DNA of 54,564 bases from Octopus sinensis (GCF_006345805.1 NW_021833804.1:1-54564), one strand, 5' to 3'; positions 10,143 through 22,976 are shown, counted from the stretch's first letter. Numbers and translations are program-made. The notes: generated by a model from the letters alone, not told the origin.

Positions 10143-12285
10143 CACTGTGCAACACTAAAAAACGTACAAGAGATATGTGGCCATATTTACATGCAAAATG
10201 ACACAGGGAATCCATTTCTGGCTTTCTTTTTGTTGAATTAGGCATGGTTTCTACAGAATTGTCACTGTATACTCTTTTTGTCATTATTGTTAAATAAAAT
10301 TCTCTACCGCATTGTAAAATGGGTTTCAACCCAGGGTTAGAGACCAATCTTAGTAACACCTACAATGTGATTCAAAGCTTATGTTTAATGTTTTTTTTTA
10401 TCTTTTAGATCTTATTTGTTTATAACAATGAGTTCAAGAGAGTGCAAAAATGATCCAAACAGATTCTCTTATATCTGTGGGGAATTGACTTTTGCTAAAG
10501 AAAAGCGCAGTATTACACGCCATGTCAAAAAAAATATACAAGGCGTATTGTGATTGTTACTTAGGAGACCATGATAAGCCATGGGCTCCTCATGTGTGTT
10601 GCCTTACATGTGTGAAGACATTGAGTGCCTGCTATGCAGGAAAAAATGTTCACATGAAGTTTGGTGTGCCAATAATTTGGTGTGAGCAGAAAGATCACTC
10701 TAATGATTGCTATTTCTGTCACCATGACTTTACAGGCTGTACTACAGCAAAGAAGAAGAAACACATTGTTTACCCAAATTTGCAATCAGCAATGCGCCCT
10801 GTAGAGCACTGAGAAAATATACCTGCGCCCAAATCTCCAGGTCAAGAAATGCTGAGTTCCAGTAGTGCTGATGAACATTCCAGTGGTGCATGTGTGGAAC
10901 CCAATGATCCAGAAAGCGAGAATAAACCAATACCATTTTCTCAAGAGGCTCTAAATGACTTGTGCAGGGATCTCTATTTAACCAAAGAGAAAAGTGAATT
11001 TCTGGCAACAAGGCTTCAAGAACGTAATCTTCTTGAGAAAGGAGTGAAGATAACACTGTACAGAAAACGTACAGAGGATCTGCTTGCATTATTCGCCATG
11101 ATGGATGACTTATGCTTTTGTAATGACATCACTGAACTTTTTGAGCCACTGGAAGTACCATATGATAAAACCAGCCGGCGACTTTTCATAAATGCATCCA
11201 AGGACAGCATCAAAGATATTCTTCTACACAATGGTAAGACTCTGCCTTCTGTTCCCACAGCTTATAGCACAACCATGAAAGAATCATGTGAAAATCTGAA
11301 AGCAATTCTAACAAGCATACAGTATGATGACCATACGTGACATATTTGTGCAGATTTTAAGGTTGTGGCCATGCTTACTGGCCTTTAGCTAGGCTATACT
11401 AAATGTCGCTGCTTCCTGTGCCTATAGAATTCCAGAGTAAGAGCTGAACATTATGTACGCAAGAAGTGGCCGATCCGAGATGAAATTGAGCAAGAAAAAC
11501 ACATCATACACAAACCACTTGTGAAAAGTGATAGAATTTTTTTACTGCCTTTGCATATTAAACTTGGTTTGTTTAAGCAATTTGTGAAAGCCTTGGACAA
11601 GGAATCCTCGCATTTGCATATCTTACAGAAAATTTCCCTTCCGTGAGTCAAGCTAAAATTAATGAATGTTTTTTCATAGGTCCCCAAATTCGACAAATTG
11701 TACATGATGAAACCTTCATCACACAAGAGAAAAGAGAAGCTTCCCTTTGAGCCATTCAAGAAAGTTTGCGATAACTTCCTGGGCAACCATCGTTAAGAAG
11801 ATTATGTGCAAGTTGTGAATGATCTACATGTAACATGTCTCTAAAAGTTCGTGTGCTTCACTCTCATTTGGATTGTTTTTTGCGGAAAATCTTGGTGATG
11901 TGAGTGATGAACATGGTGAAAGATTCCATCAGGATATTTCAGTGATGGATCGACGATTCAAAGGAAAATGGAACCCTAGTATGTTGGCAGACTACTGCCG
12001 GGGTATAGAAAAAGAAGATTACACTCCGCACAAGAGGCTTGTATATGTTTTGTTATACCAACTAAATTTTTTTGTTTTGTTTTCTGTAACTTTCAGTATT
12101 TGCAATGTTGTGTTCAATGCACAATATTATGCAATATATTATAAAAAGTATGGCCCATGGTACAGGAAAACGGTGCCTAATCTGGAGAAATAAAGGTCAG
12201 AATCAGAATCAGGACAATTTTTTGACCCAGAAACAAGTCTTACTTAACTCTTACTTTTCTTGAACCTCAAATTTGTTGCACAGAA
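10143..12285 (+). mobile_element. Chapaev3-like (CMC superfamily) DNA transposon with TTA target duplication
   Basis: Left end CACTGTGCAACA, right end TGTTGCACAG(AA); TTA at 10140-10142 and 12286-12288. Removing it restores the mariner C-terminus. Family name comes from recalled motifs and termini. Confidence 0.75.
10428..12040 (+). pseudogene. Chapaev3-type transposase pseudogene
   Basis: MSSRECKNDP..YICG, LGDHDKPWAPHVCCLTC, DCYFC, YPNLQSAMRPVEH, LHIKLGLFKQFVKAL, LHSHLD, SDEHGERFHQDIS, SMLADYC. Many stops and frameshifts. Confidence 0.8.
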
Positions 12286-12642
12286 TTATCTATGACTTCC
12301 TTCCATCTGTTTACAAGCTTTTTAATTCCATCACTGTAAAACCCTTTTGGTTTCAAAGCGAAGAACTCTGAAATGTCAGTTACGACCTCCTCCAGGCTTG
12401 CGAAAGTTATGTCCCTCAAATTATTCTGTAAACTACGAAACAAACGGTAATCTGAAGGAGCAAGATCGGAAGAATAAGGTGGATGAGGGATTTTTCCCAA
12501 CCAAGCTCTTCGATCTTCTGTAATGTGATCTTTACAGTGTGGGGTCGCGCATTGTCCTGATGAAACATCACTCTTTATCGATTCACTAAAGCGGGGTCTG
12601 TTTTTCTTCAAATCTTGGTTCAAACGCTCTAATTGCTGACAG

Positions 12643-14098
12643 TAGACTTGGGCATTAATTGTTGTATTAGGTGGTAACAATTCAAAGTGAATTACTCTTT
12701 TACAATCCCACCAGATAGAGAGAAGAACCTTTTTCCCATGAAGTTCTCTTCTCGGTTGTGGTTGAGCTTTTTCCCTTTTAACAAGCCACTGTTTACAACG
12801 TTTAGCATTGCGATAGAAGATACATTTTTCGTCACCAGTCACAAGTCTATTCAAAAAGGGTGAAATGAGTTCGTAAGAATGGAGAGAAGAGCAGATGTCA
12901 ACTCGGGATTTGCGCTTGCTTTCGGACAATTCATGAGGCACTCATTTTCCAAGTTTAGGAACTTTTCCAAGTTGTTGATGGACAGTTGTATGGTTTGAAC
13001 TAAGCTTTATTGCCAATTCTTCAACTGACAATGCGGGATTTTCTTCAAGTAATGCCTCAAGGAGCTTGTCATCAAACTCAACTGGACGTCCTGTTCGATC
13101 TTCATTTTAAAGGTTGAAATCTCCACTTCTGAATTTTGCAAACAATCTTCTGCAATTTCTTTCATTCAAGCATTCTTTTCCTATAAACTGAGTGTATGTT
13201 TCGAGTTGCTTCAGCTGCAGAGTTTCCTATTTTGTACTCATAAAGCATTATGTGCCTTAAATGCTCTTTGGATACTTCCATGTTAGAAAGTATTGTAATC
13301 AATTAAATTTTAATTCTATTATTCTGAAAATAATATTTAATTAGTTTAAATTTACATAAATACATGAAAATAGTTTTTAATTCCATTAGACATTCTAAAA
13401 TACTATTAAAAGGTAAAATCGGACAGAACTTATGGGATGACCTGATACTTCTTACGTATGACAAGCCCTCACGAATTCAAAATCATTTACTCGATTGTAG
13501 ATGAGATACAACCCTACAGGAAACGTAGCTTCAAATGAAAAACGTAGAGTGGCTTTTGTTGGAACGGTAAGTTATGAAAGTTGTTTTAGGTGATTAAAAG
13601 GTTTGCAAAGGAAAATAGCCTTATTATGACCTTGTATGCATAGGAGGGAAAATGTTTGTGTCAGTGCCAGCCAACATGATTTTTTAACTACTTCATTTCG
13701 CCCGGCGCTTTAGCATTTCCGCCAGCTCGGCGTTTTGATCTTCCATAATATAATAAATAAAAAGTGAGAAATATTCCCACGCGAACTACAAATGCAATAA
13801 AAAAAATGTCCTTGAACAGGGTGTTTTTATACATATCGTGCGAACATTTTTTAAAGGAAACAAATTGAAAAGCGTTCTGTCATTAGCTTTGATATATATA
13901 TATCCTCGAAATAATAATAATAATAATAATAATAATTATAATAATAATAAATTAATGAATAGATGTTGTTTTCACAGCGATAATGTGAAAACAACAACCA
14001 TTCATGAATTTATTTATTTATTAATTTTCTTTAAATACATATTTTACCTGTGAATTTGCGTGTGTAATCTGGGAATGCATACAATGAGCTTCTCTGCC

Positions 14099-14150
<52 letters not shown>

Positions 14151-14269
14151 CTGCGTGTGTATCGTTAGCGATTTTTTCCTCCGTTTTCCCTTCCTTGGAT
14201 CTTTCCCTTTCCTATGTTTCTGACGAAGAGCTTCGCTCGAAACGTTAAGTCCTCCTTCTTTCTTTCCTT
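12643..14269 (+). repeat. Segmental duplication copy B (paralogue of 303-3162)
   Basis: See copy A; lacks the 1251-2437 mariner. Confidence 0.9.
14216..14250 (+). ncRNA. Minimal type-I hammerhead motif, paralogue of 3109-3143
   Basis: GTTT-CTGACGA-A-GAGC(TTC)GCTC-GAAA-CGTT-AAGT. Confidence 0.65.
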
Positions 14270-14275
14270 GTTTTC

Positions 14276-14411
14276 ACGTAGCTTCAAATGAAAAACGTAG
14301 AGTGACTTTTGTTGGAACGGTAAGTTATGAAAGTTGTTTTAGGTGATTAAAAGGTTTGAAAAGGAAAATAGCCTTATTATGACCTTGTATGCATGGGACT
14401 GAAAATGTTTT
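14276..14411 (+). repeat. Third partial copy of 13523-13655
   Basis: ACGTAGCTTCAAATGAAAAACGTAGAG...GGAACGGTAAGTTATG...GTATGCAT repeated. Confidence 0.9.
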
Positions 14412-14731
14412 TAATTATTACTTACTACATATAATTCAATTGTTATTATTATCTCTAATTTTTATTGTTAAAGTGAAAGTATCTGACATAAAATAGAGAA
14501 ATGTTTTTGTTTCACTTTTAACACGTAATATTGAAATAGTGGAGAAGATATGATATTACTATGGGCTTGCCCTAGGCAAGAAATTGAACATTTTTTTACC
14601 GATGACACTCCCCGGACCCTAAGTAAGGCATGTGCAAAATTTGAATGAAATTGGTTGTGTAGTTCTCAAGTTTTAGGGAAACACACAGACAGACAGACAG
14701 ACACACATTCTTAGTTTTATATATATAGAGA
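14412..14731 (-). mobile_element. Non-autonomous Helitron-like element, 5' part
   Basis: Minus strand starts A|TCTCTATATATATAAAAC, then a (GTCT)n tract and CAACCAATTTCATTCAAATTTTGCACA, the same layout as 22446-22834. No CTAG end found. Confidence 0.5.
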
Positions 14732-15356
14732 TATGTATGTATATAGAGAAAGATATGTATGTATATATATATATATATATATACATCTTATATATATATA
14801 TATATATCACATATACCTTGTCATCGCTATTTATTTCACTAAGTGTGAGTAGTGTGCTGGTGTGTTTGTATGTAAAAGTATAACAATGTACAACGCTTGT
14901 GCTATTGTTTTGGATAAAATCTAACAAAACGTTATATCAATGATGATCAATATTTTAAGATATTTCTTCTGAAGTTTCAAATCTGTGGCCACATTGAGAA
15001 GAGGAGAAAATCAATAGAGATTCGCCTGGTTTGTATGACTCTGTACATGTGTATGTATATGCGTGTGTGTTGGTGAAAGAAACAATATCTGTAGAGGTAA
15101 TTGTCGTTCTGATTGACTTTTGATAATTATTTGTGTATGTTTATTCGCGCATGCGCGTGTATGTGCCCTTTGCTTTAGACAGTTCTAGTGCGAAACCATC
15201 ATTACAAAGTTCTAAGATGTGGTGATAATATGTGGCTATCGATAAGCCCGTGTGTTTTTTTTATGATAAAACGTTCTATAACTGTATCTATTAATCTATA
15301 TGCATATGTGTGTATGTGTGTGTATATATGGATATATATATATATTTACATAAAAG

Positions 15357-15411
<55 letters not shown>

Positions 15412-15943
15412 GTAAAATGTTTATACAATTATTTCAATAGATACAATACAGCTAGGAGCAGACGTACTCAATGACGTAGGCAAAAAAATTCTACTAGCAT
15501 TGAAATTTGTTTTTCACTCGCAGAAATAACTATATTTCCTACCCATGTAGAGCTGCAAAGAACTGTCATAATGTTTGTCTCAATGATAAAGTTTTATTTT
15601 CGATGAAATTAATTCTCTCTTAAAATTATGTCTGCTTTTCTTTAAGAATCTCAAATAATGGCATCATTATTTGTTTTATTTCTCTCACTAAGAGACAAAT
15701 TTCAGCACATTTAAAAGATTTTTATGTACGTTACTCCGTCCATCACTCTATGGTTGAGTTATATCGTTTAGATAATATTTGTAGATGTATACATACATAC
15801 ATACATACATACATACATACATACATACATACATACATACATACATACATGCACACATACAAACATACATATATACATACATACATATATGCATACATAC
15901 ATGCATGCATGCATGTATGCATGTATGTATGTATGCATATATA

Positions 15944-15974
<31 letters not shown>

Positions 15975-16195
15975 CATAGATTGATAGATAGATAGATAGA
16001 TAGATAGATGGATAGAGGATAGATAGATAGATAGACAGGCACACACACACACACACATATATAATATATATATATATATATGTACGTATATATGTGTATG
16101 TATATAGATATATGTGTATATATAATGATATAAACAATATATAAATATATGTAATATATACACATATCTACATACCTACATAAATATGTATGTAA

Positions 16196-16254
<59 letters not shown>

Positions 16255-16258
<4 letters not shown>

Positions 16259-16900
16259 ATAGGGGTACAGGACATAAAAAAAAACGTTGAACACAATGGA
16301 GACGAAAACATAAAAACAAAAACGAACATTTTTTTCGAACAACGAATAAAACAAACAGAGAAACGAAACATGCAACATAAAGAATATTCCCCTTCATCAG
16401 TGGTCCCTGTTTCATCTACTCCGCAGTTCGAAGGCAAGTGCAATGCGCGACGTTCTTGAAACAGTCCTTCCCACAAAGCAAATGAAATAAAATTTCGGAT
16501 TTTTTGCGGATGGTGAAGGTGGTAACAAGAACAGGGCAGTGAGAACAAGATAGTAAAAACAAATGGTGAGGGCTGTTAAGCCAAGACGATAGAAACATTA
16601 TTATGAACGGTAGGAGGACGAGCTTATGAGAGGAGACAGTTATAAGCATGTTTTGTCTTTATGAAGGAAATGGGCACAAGGATAGATTCCCTTTCGTCAC
16701 GTGTCAGCAACGAGAGAATCAAGGAAGAAGAGTGAGAGAGAGAGAACAGTGAAGAATAGGGAACGATGGGAGAGAAAACCAGAAGGGATGAAGAATAAGA
16801 GAGGGAGAGAGGTAGACAGAGAAGAGATAGTAGATATAGAAGAGTCCGCATCGTAATTATTAAGATAAAACATACTTCGAAATGGATGCGTGGCGTTCGA
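16255..16900 (-). mobile_element. Probable Penelope-type pLTR/tail repeat
   Basis: Same pyrimidine-rich spacer plus tail layout as 4935-5750; recalled as a common cephalopod repeat; no coding evidence. Confidence 0.3.
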
Positions 16901-16972
16901 TCAAATAATAATATAAATATATGCATATATACATACATATGTACATACCTATATATTTTATATACATGTGTA

Positions 16973-17030
<58 letters not shown>

Positions 17031-17107
17031 AATATTTGTTTGTGCAAGAATTTTTATATACACGATATAATATATTATCTAATATATATATATATAGAGA
17101 GAGAGAG

Positions 17108-17594
17108 ATTGAAAGAGCTAAGACTCTACTCCCTGGAGCGTAGACGGGAGAGGTATGCAGTGATATATATGTGGAAGATAGTGGATGGCTGGCACCAAAC
17201 TTTGGAATTGAAAGTTATGCCAGACTTCAAAATGGACGTCACTGCACTGTTCCAAATGTTCCAGCGGTCTCATCTAAGGCGAGGACCATGTACTGCAATA
17301 GCTTGGAATTCAAGGGCCCACAGCCATTTAACTCCTTGCCAAAACATCTGAGAGATCTCCATGGAGTAAGAGTAGATGGTTTCAAGAAACAACTTAATCT
17401 TTTGCTATCCAAGATCACAGATGAACAAATATGAAGGCAGGGAACTCAAAAGAGGGCAGCGGTGTCGAAATTCCTCCTCACTCCACCGAAAGCCAATCTC
17501 ATGGATTGTTCAATTCAAAAGTGATTAATTACACTGGCGGTGCTCTAGTATGGCCGCAGCCTCAAGGCTGAAGTATATAATAGAATAAAAGAAT
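17108..17594 (+). mobile_element. CR1/L2-group LINE 3' end
   Basis: LKELRLYSLERRRERYAVIYMWKI...FKGPQPFNSLPKHLRDLH; 3' stem-loop CAGCC-TCAA-GGCTG and AATAAAAG tail. Confidence 0.85.
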
Positions 17595-17595
17595 A

Positions 17596-17711
<116 letters not shown>

Positions 17712-17859
17712 GTATATGTATGTATGTGTGTGAGTGTGTAAGTATATGTATGTATGTGTGTGAGTGTGTGTGTGTGATTGTGTGTTTATATATATATATA
17801 TATTTATATTTATATCTATCTATCTATGTGCGTATCTATTTATCTTATCTTTTATCTTT

Positions 17860-18270
17860 CAACCTTTACTGGTTTCAGCCGAGGGCTGAGGTCATGCTCG
17901 TGCACCACTTGTAGTGACTCGCTGTTGTTTCGGATATTGTTTTTGGTGAAGTAGCGAGTTGGACGAAGCTGCTCTTCTTTGTGTCTCCTGCCGCGATGTG
18001 GGTTCATCTAATATCTCAGATAGAAACCTGTTCAAACTTTACTTGAAAACTTCCACACCAACACCATGTAGATCTCTAAGTTTGCTTGGCGGGATGTTGA
18101 ACAATTGTGGGCCTTTGAAACCCAGACTATTGCAGCACTGTGTCCTTATTTTAGATGGAGATGATGGGATCTTTGTTATGATACAGGGTCGTCCAGTTCG
18201 AGAATTAGTATAGCTGTCAATTTCAAAATTGGTAGCTAAACCCTCCAAGATCTTCTGTCTGTCCCATACC
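17860..18270 (-). mobile_element. CR1/L2-group LINE 3' end, inverted relative to 17108-17594
   Basis: KILEGLATNFEIDSYTNSRTGRPC...NSLGFKGPQLFNIPPSKLRDLHGV; tail hairpin CAGCC/GGCTG at 17876-17888. Confidence 0.8.
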
Positions 18271-18440
18271 ACTGGTGTGCTTACATCCCCGTATATTAGC
18301 GGTTTGGCGAAAGAGACCGAGAGAATAAGTATGAAGCATAAAAACAACGGGTCCTGGGGTCGGTTCAAAACTTTCCCCAGGTTTGTGTCCCAGCATGGTC
18401 GTCGTCTAATGACTGAAATAAGTAAAAGATAAAAAGATAT
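18270..18440 (+). mobile_element. 3' half of SINE family B
   Basis: Matches 31215-31388 (TTAGCGGTTCGGCAAAAGAGACCGA...AATGACTGAAACAAGTAAAAGA). Confidence 0.75.
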
Positions 18441-19058
18441 TGACAAATACTAATGACCGCAGAGAACGTATGAACGGGAAATCACATATTTTGTTATAGT
18501 TGAAGGTAATTTTGAGAATAACATAATATACACTTATACATAATACCTTCATGCATAGACACACGCACACATGCCATCTGATATGTGTGTTTGTGTATAT
18601 GATGTGTGTGTACATATGCGTGTAAATATATGTCTGCATATGTGTAAGCCTATATGTGTGTATATATAAATATATATGTATGTATCAATTTATCTCTAAT
18701 AAAGTATGCGTGTGTGTACGTGTGTGAGAGAGAGAGAGAGAGAGAGAGAAGAGAGGGAATGTTGAAACTTGAGAAGATAGTTTTGCCTAACACCTGTCAA
18801 AATTACCAGAGATTAAAGCAAAAGGATGAACCTGAAATAACCTCAAATATTCCGCATAAGCACTTTGAATTAGAATTAGAAATTAAAAAAAAAATGAAAA
18901 CAACTCCTCAATAGAAACATAAAAAAGAACATCACTGCTAAATTTCTCCGATTGCAAATTTCGCTATATGTGTATATATATATATATATATATTATTTAT
19001 ATATTATTATAGATATATGTGTGTGTATGTATCTATATATATATATAGATAGATACAT

Positions 19059-19125
<67 letters not shown>

Positions 19126-19233
19126 TATATACTACACACACCAAAATATATCTACACATATATAGACACAGATATGCTCATATATTTTATAAATTCTAAG
19201 TAGAGGTACTTTGTATTTTCACTGCTTGAGCAT

Positions 19234-19284
<51 letters not shown>

Positions 19285-19295
19285 CTCTCTCTCTC

Positions 19296-19328
<33 letters not shown>

Positions 19329-19927
19329 ATACACACACACACACAACACATATATATATATATTATATATATATAATATATAATATATATATATAATATA
19401 TATATATATATACATATATATATACTATTATATATATCACATATCCGACCAATTTTTATGGAATTTCTCTAAATAACTTTCTGTGTTTGCCTACGTCCTC
19501 AAACACACACACGCACATACTGGCGCGCATACAGATTCAATGCCGATGAATCTCAACACGTTGCCTACAAGCAGTGGAGACAAAACGTAGAAACGATTTG
19601 ACGTTTCCAATTAAACTTTGTAACACCGTTTTCAAATAGACTCAGCAGAGTTGTCCTTATTTTTCTTTTCTGAACCTTTCACATTGTAAAGTTAATTCGT
19701 GGCCAATCTGTGTTGTGTATGTATGTATTCAGCATGTATTCAGTATGTCATTATTTAGTTTTATTTTCAAGATATCCTGCCAATAGTGAAAGAGCCGATT
19801 TCTAACCTAGATCTAAAGTTCGTTCAATGAAATTTCAACATAAACTAGGTATGTATGTATGCGTGTGTGTGTGTATGGTAATATTTCAGAGCGGTTATTT
19901 TTTTTCCTTGCCAAAGGAACACACGCA

Positions 19928-20180
19928 GTGGAGGCGCGTTGCTTAGTAGCTAGGGTGTCAGCATCATGATCGTAAGATTGTGGTTTCGATTCCTGGACCA
20001 GGTGATGTGTTGTGTTCTTGAGCAAAACACTTCATTTCACGTTGCTCCAGTCCACTCAGCTGGCAAAAATGAGTAACGCAGCGATGGACTGGCGTCCCGT
20101 CCAGCTGGGGAACACATATGCCATTGAAACCGGGAAACCGAACCCATGAGCCTGGCTAGGCTTTAAAAGGGCGCATTTAT
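19928..20180 (+). mobile_element. tRNA-derived SINE (family C)
   Basis: A-box-like TTGCTTAGTAG, B-box GGTTTCGATTCC; body CACTTCATTTCACGTTGCTCCAGTCCACTCAGCTG also present at 31925. Confidence 0.7.
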
Positions 20181-20248
20181 AAATGAACACACGCACTATA
20201 TATTTGTTCTTCACTCGTTTATAATTTTTTTTTTGTTTTATTTTATTA

Positions 20249-20469
20249 TCGTTGTCTGGAAATCTTTCGTCACATTTGTGACCTCTTGGGCGACCCTTCC
20301 ATTCTCGTATATCCTCCTGCGCAGCCTAATCCGTACAGAGAATGTACCAGGCGGAGCAGGAGGGAACCAGCCGGAACAGAAGGGTATTAAGTGGAGCAGG
20401 AGGATACACGTGAATTGAAGTATCGCTGAAGAGGTCACATATGTGAGACGTAAGATTTCCAGACAATGA
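20249..20469. mobile_element. MITE-like fold-back element (~84-bp imperfect arms)
   Basis: 20249-20332 is an imperfect reverse complement of 20384-20469 (TTGTCTGGAAATCTT...TCACATTTGTGACCTCTT / AAGAGGTCACATATGTGA...AAGATTTCCAGACAA). Confidence 0.75.
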
Positions 20470-20632
20470 CCATAGGATAAAACACAAACAATAATAAACG
20501 ATTGAAGACGGATATACAGTGCGTGTATTTATTTGGCAATAAAAAAATGGCCGTCCCGAAATATATAGCAATATCTGATTCAAAACACGATTTCACATCA
20601 GGAAGCTTGCAAAACAAATTTATAAATGTATA

Positions 20633-20688
<56 letters not shown>

Positions 20689-20984
20689 TGTGTATGTCTG
20701 TGTTGTTCAAACATCCAAAAGACCCATGCCAAGGATACTTCTCACGCACCAAGTATATGCAGGTACACACACATACATGCACAGGGACACACATATATAT
20801 ATACACAAGGCTTACCCATACCACACATAAACACATACACACACAGAGAGACATATATACGTGAACACGCATATACAACAGGCATACAACCACAAAAACT
20901 CACACGCTCAGACACACATACATGCACAAACACACAAGCACACACACAGACACAGACACAGGAGTACACACACAGAAGAATACA

Positions 20985-22170
20985 TGTATACATACATACA
21001 TACATACATACATACATACATACATACATACATACATACATACATACATACATACATACATACATACATACATACATACAGACATACATACATACATACA
21101 TACAGACATACATACATACATACATACATACATACATACATACATACATACAGACATACATACATACATACATACATACATACATACAGACATACATACA
21201 TACATACATACATACAGACATACATACATACATACAGACATACATACATACATACATACATACAGACATACATACATACATACATACATACATACATACA
21301 TACATACAGACATACATACATACATACATACATACACATACATACAACATACATACGACATCATACATACAATACATACATACATACATACATACATACA
21401 TACAGACATACATACATACATACATACATACATACATACAGACATACATACATACATACATACATACATACATACAGACATACATACATACATACATACA
21501 TACATACATACATACATACATACAGCAACATACATACATACGTGGTATACATACATACATACATACGACATACATACATACATACATACAGACATACATA
21601 CATACATACATACATACAGACATACATACATACATACATACAGACATACATACATACATACATACATACATGTATACATACAGACAACATACATACATAC
21701 ATACATACAATAACAGACATACATACATACATAACATACATACATACATACATACATACATACATACATACATACAGACAATATACATACATACATACTT
21801 ACGTTATACATACATACATACATCATACATAACATACAATACATACAGAACAATACATACATACAGACATACCATACATACATACATACATACATGTATA
21901 CATACATACATACATACAGACATACATACATACATACGTGTATACTATACATACATACATACATACATACATACATACATACATACATACAGACATACAT
22001 ACATACATACAGACATACATACATACATACATACAGACATACATACATACATACATACATACATACATGTATACATACATACAGACATACATACATACAT
22101 ACATACAGACATACATACATACATACATACAGACATACATACATACATACAGACATACATACATACATAC
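20985..22170 (+). repeat. ~1.2 kb (CATA)n/(CAGA) microsatellite
   Basis: Directly visible; source of the 529-aa and 442-aa false ORFs. Confidence 0.97.
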
Positions 22171-22445
22171 GCTCACACTGCAAGCAAACACCCGCACGCA
22201 GCAAGGTCCCATTAAAAGTCATTGACAACTCTGCTTACAGCGACGAAAGAGCTTTCACAAAGGAAAACAAAATCGAATGACTTAATTTAATTTAACCTAA
22301 TTAAACAAACTTTCAATTCTTTAGTTGAATATTTAAACAGTTGACTAATAATAGAGGAGTGGAACTGAACCAATGCGTATGTTACTTCTATTGGTATAAC
22401 CACTCTCCTTAAGCACACATTCACACGCACACACACACATACATA

Positions 22446-22834
22446 TCTCTCTCTATATAAACGGCAGTTTGTCTGTGCGTGTTTCTGTGTGTCTGTTTGC
22501 TTGTACCCTCACCCTGACCACGGCTTTCAACCGATTCTGATGAAACTTGACACACACATAGCCCAATGTCATAATTCAAAACTAACGCAGCGAAAATTTT
22601 GAAAAGTTCCCCATTTCTGAAAAAAATCGATAAATTCGACATGGGGTCGGGAATCAGAAACCCAAACCACAGACCGTCTAGGGGACGCAACTCCACCTTT
22701 TTTAACTCTCAAAAAAAAAAAATTTACCATCATTTTTTTTTCCATTTTTTTGCTATTTTTTGGCTATAACTCTCTAAAAATGCTTTATAGTTATTTCCCT
22801 TACAAACCTGAGCAACGCCGGGCGATACTGCTAG
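22446..22834 (+). mobile_element. Non-autonomous Helitron (~390 bp)
   Basis: 5' A|TC start; 3' hairpin CCTGAGCAACGCCGGG followed by CTAG|T; no TIR or TSD. Confidence 0.8.
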
Positions 22835-22976
22835 TATACTATAAATATATACCTATGTACGTTTGTGTGTGTGAATACACATATCTACACGAATATATAC
22901 ATACCCCACTCCATATATGAATACATATATACGTACACGTATGCATACATACGTGCATATACATGTGCATGTTTAT

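Larger units (their letters stand above)
10040..13445 (-). mobile_element. Full-span mariner (DD34D) with both TIRs and TA duplication, interrupted by a Chapaev-like element
   Basis: Perfect 27-bp TIR TCAGGTCATCCCATAAGTTCTGTCCGA at 10040-10066 and its reverse complement at 13419-13445; TA at 10038-39 and 13446-47. Transposase runs from ATG 13281 to stop 10115-10117 with TGDEK, QDNARPH and HPPYSSDLAPSD (34 residues between the last two D after one frameshift). Confidence 0.95.

Noticed and set aside
16385-16440. Type-II hammerhead on the minus strand (CCTTCGAAC...CTGATGAAGG)
   Set aside because: GAAA is incomplete and I cannot form stem I between the two motifs.
20626-22228. Long ORFs of 263-529 aa (YIHT and MYVC repeats)
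   Set aside because: Translations of the (CATA)n microsatellite, which lacks stops in several frames.
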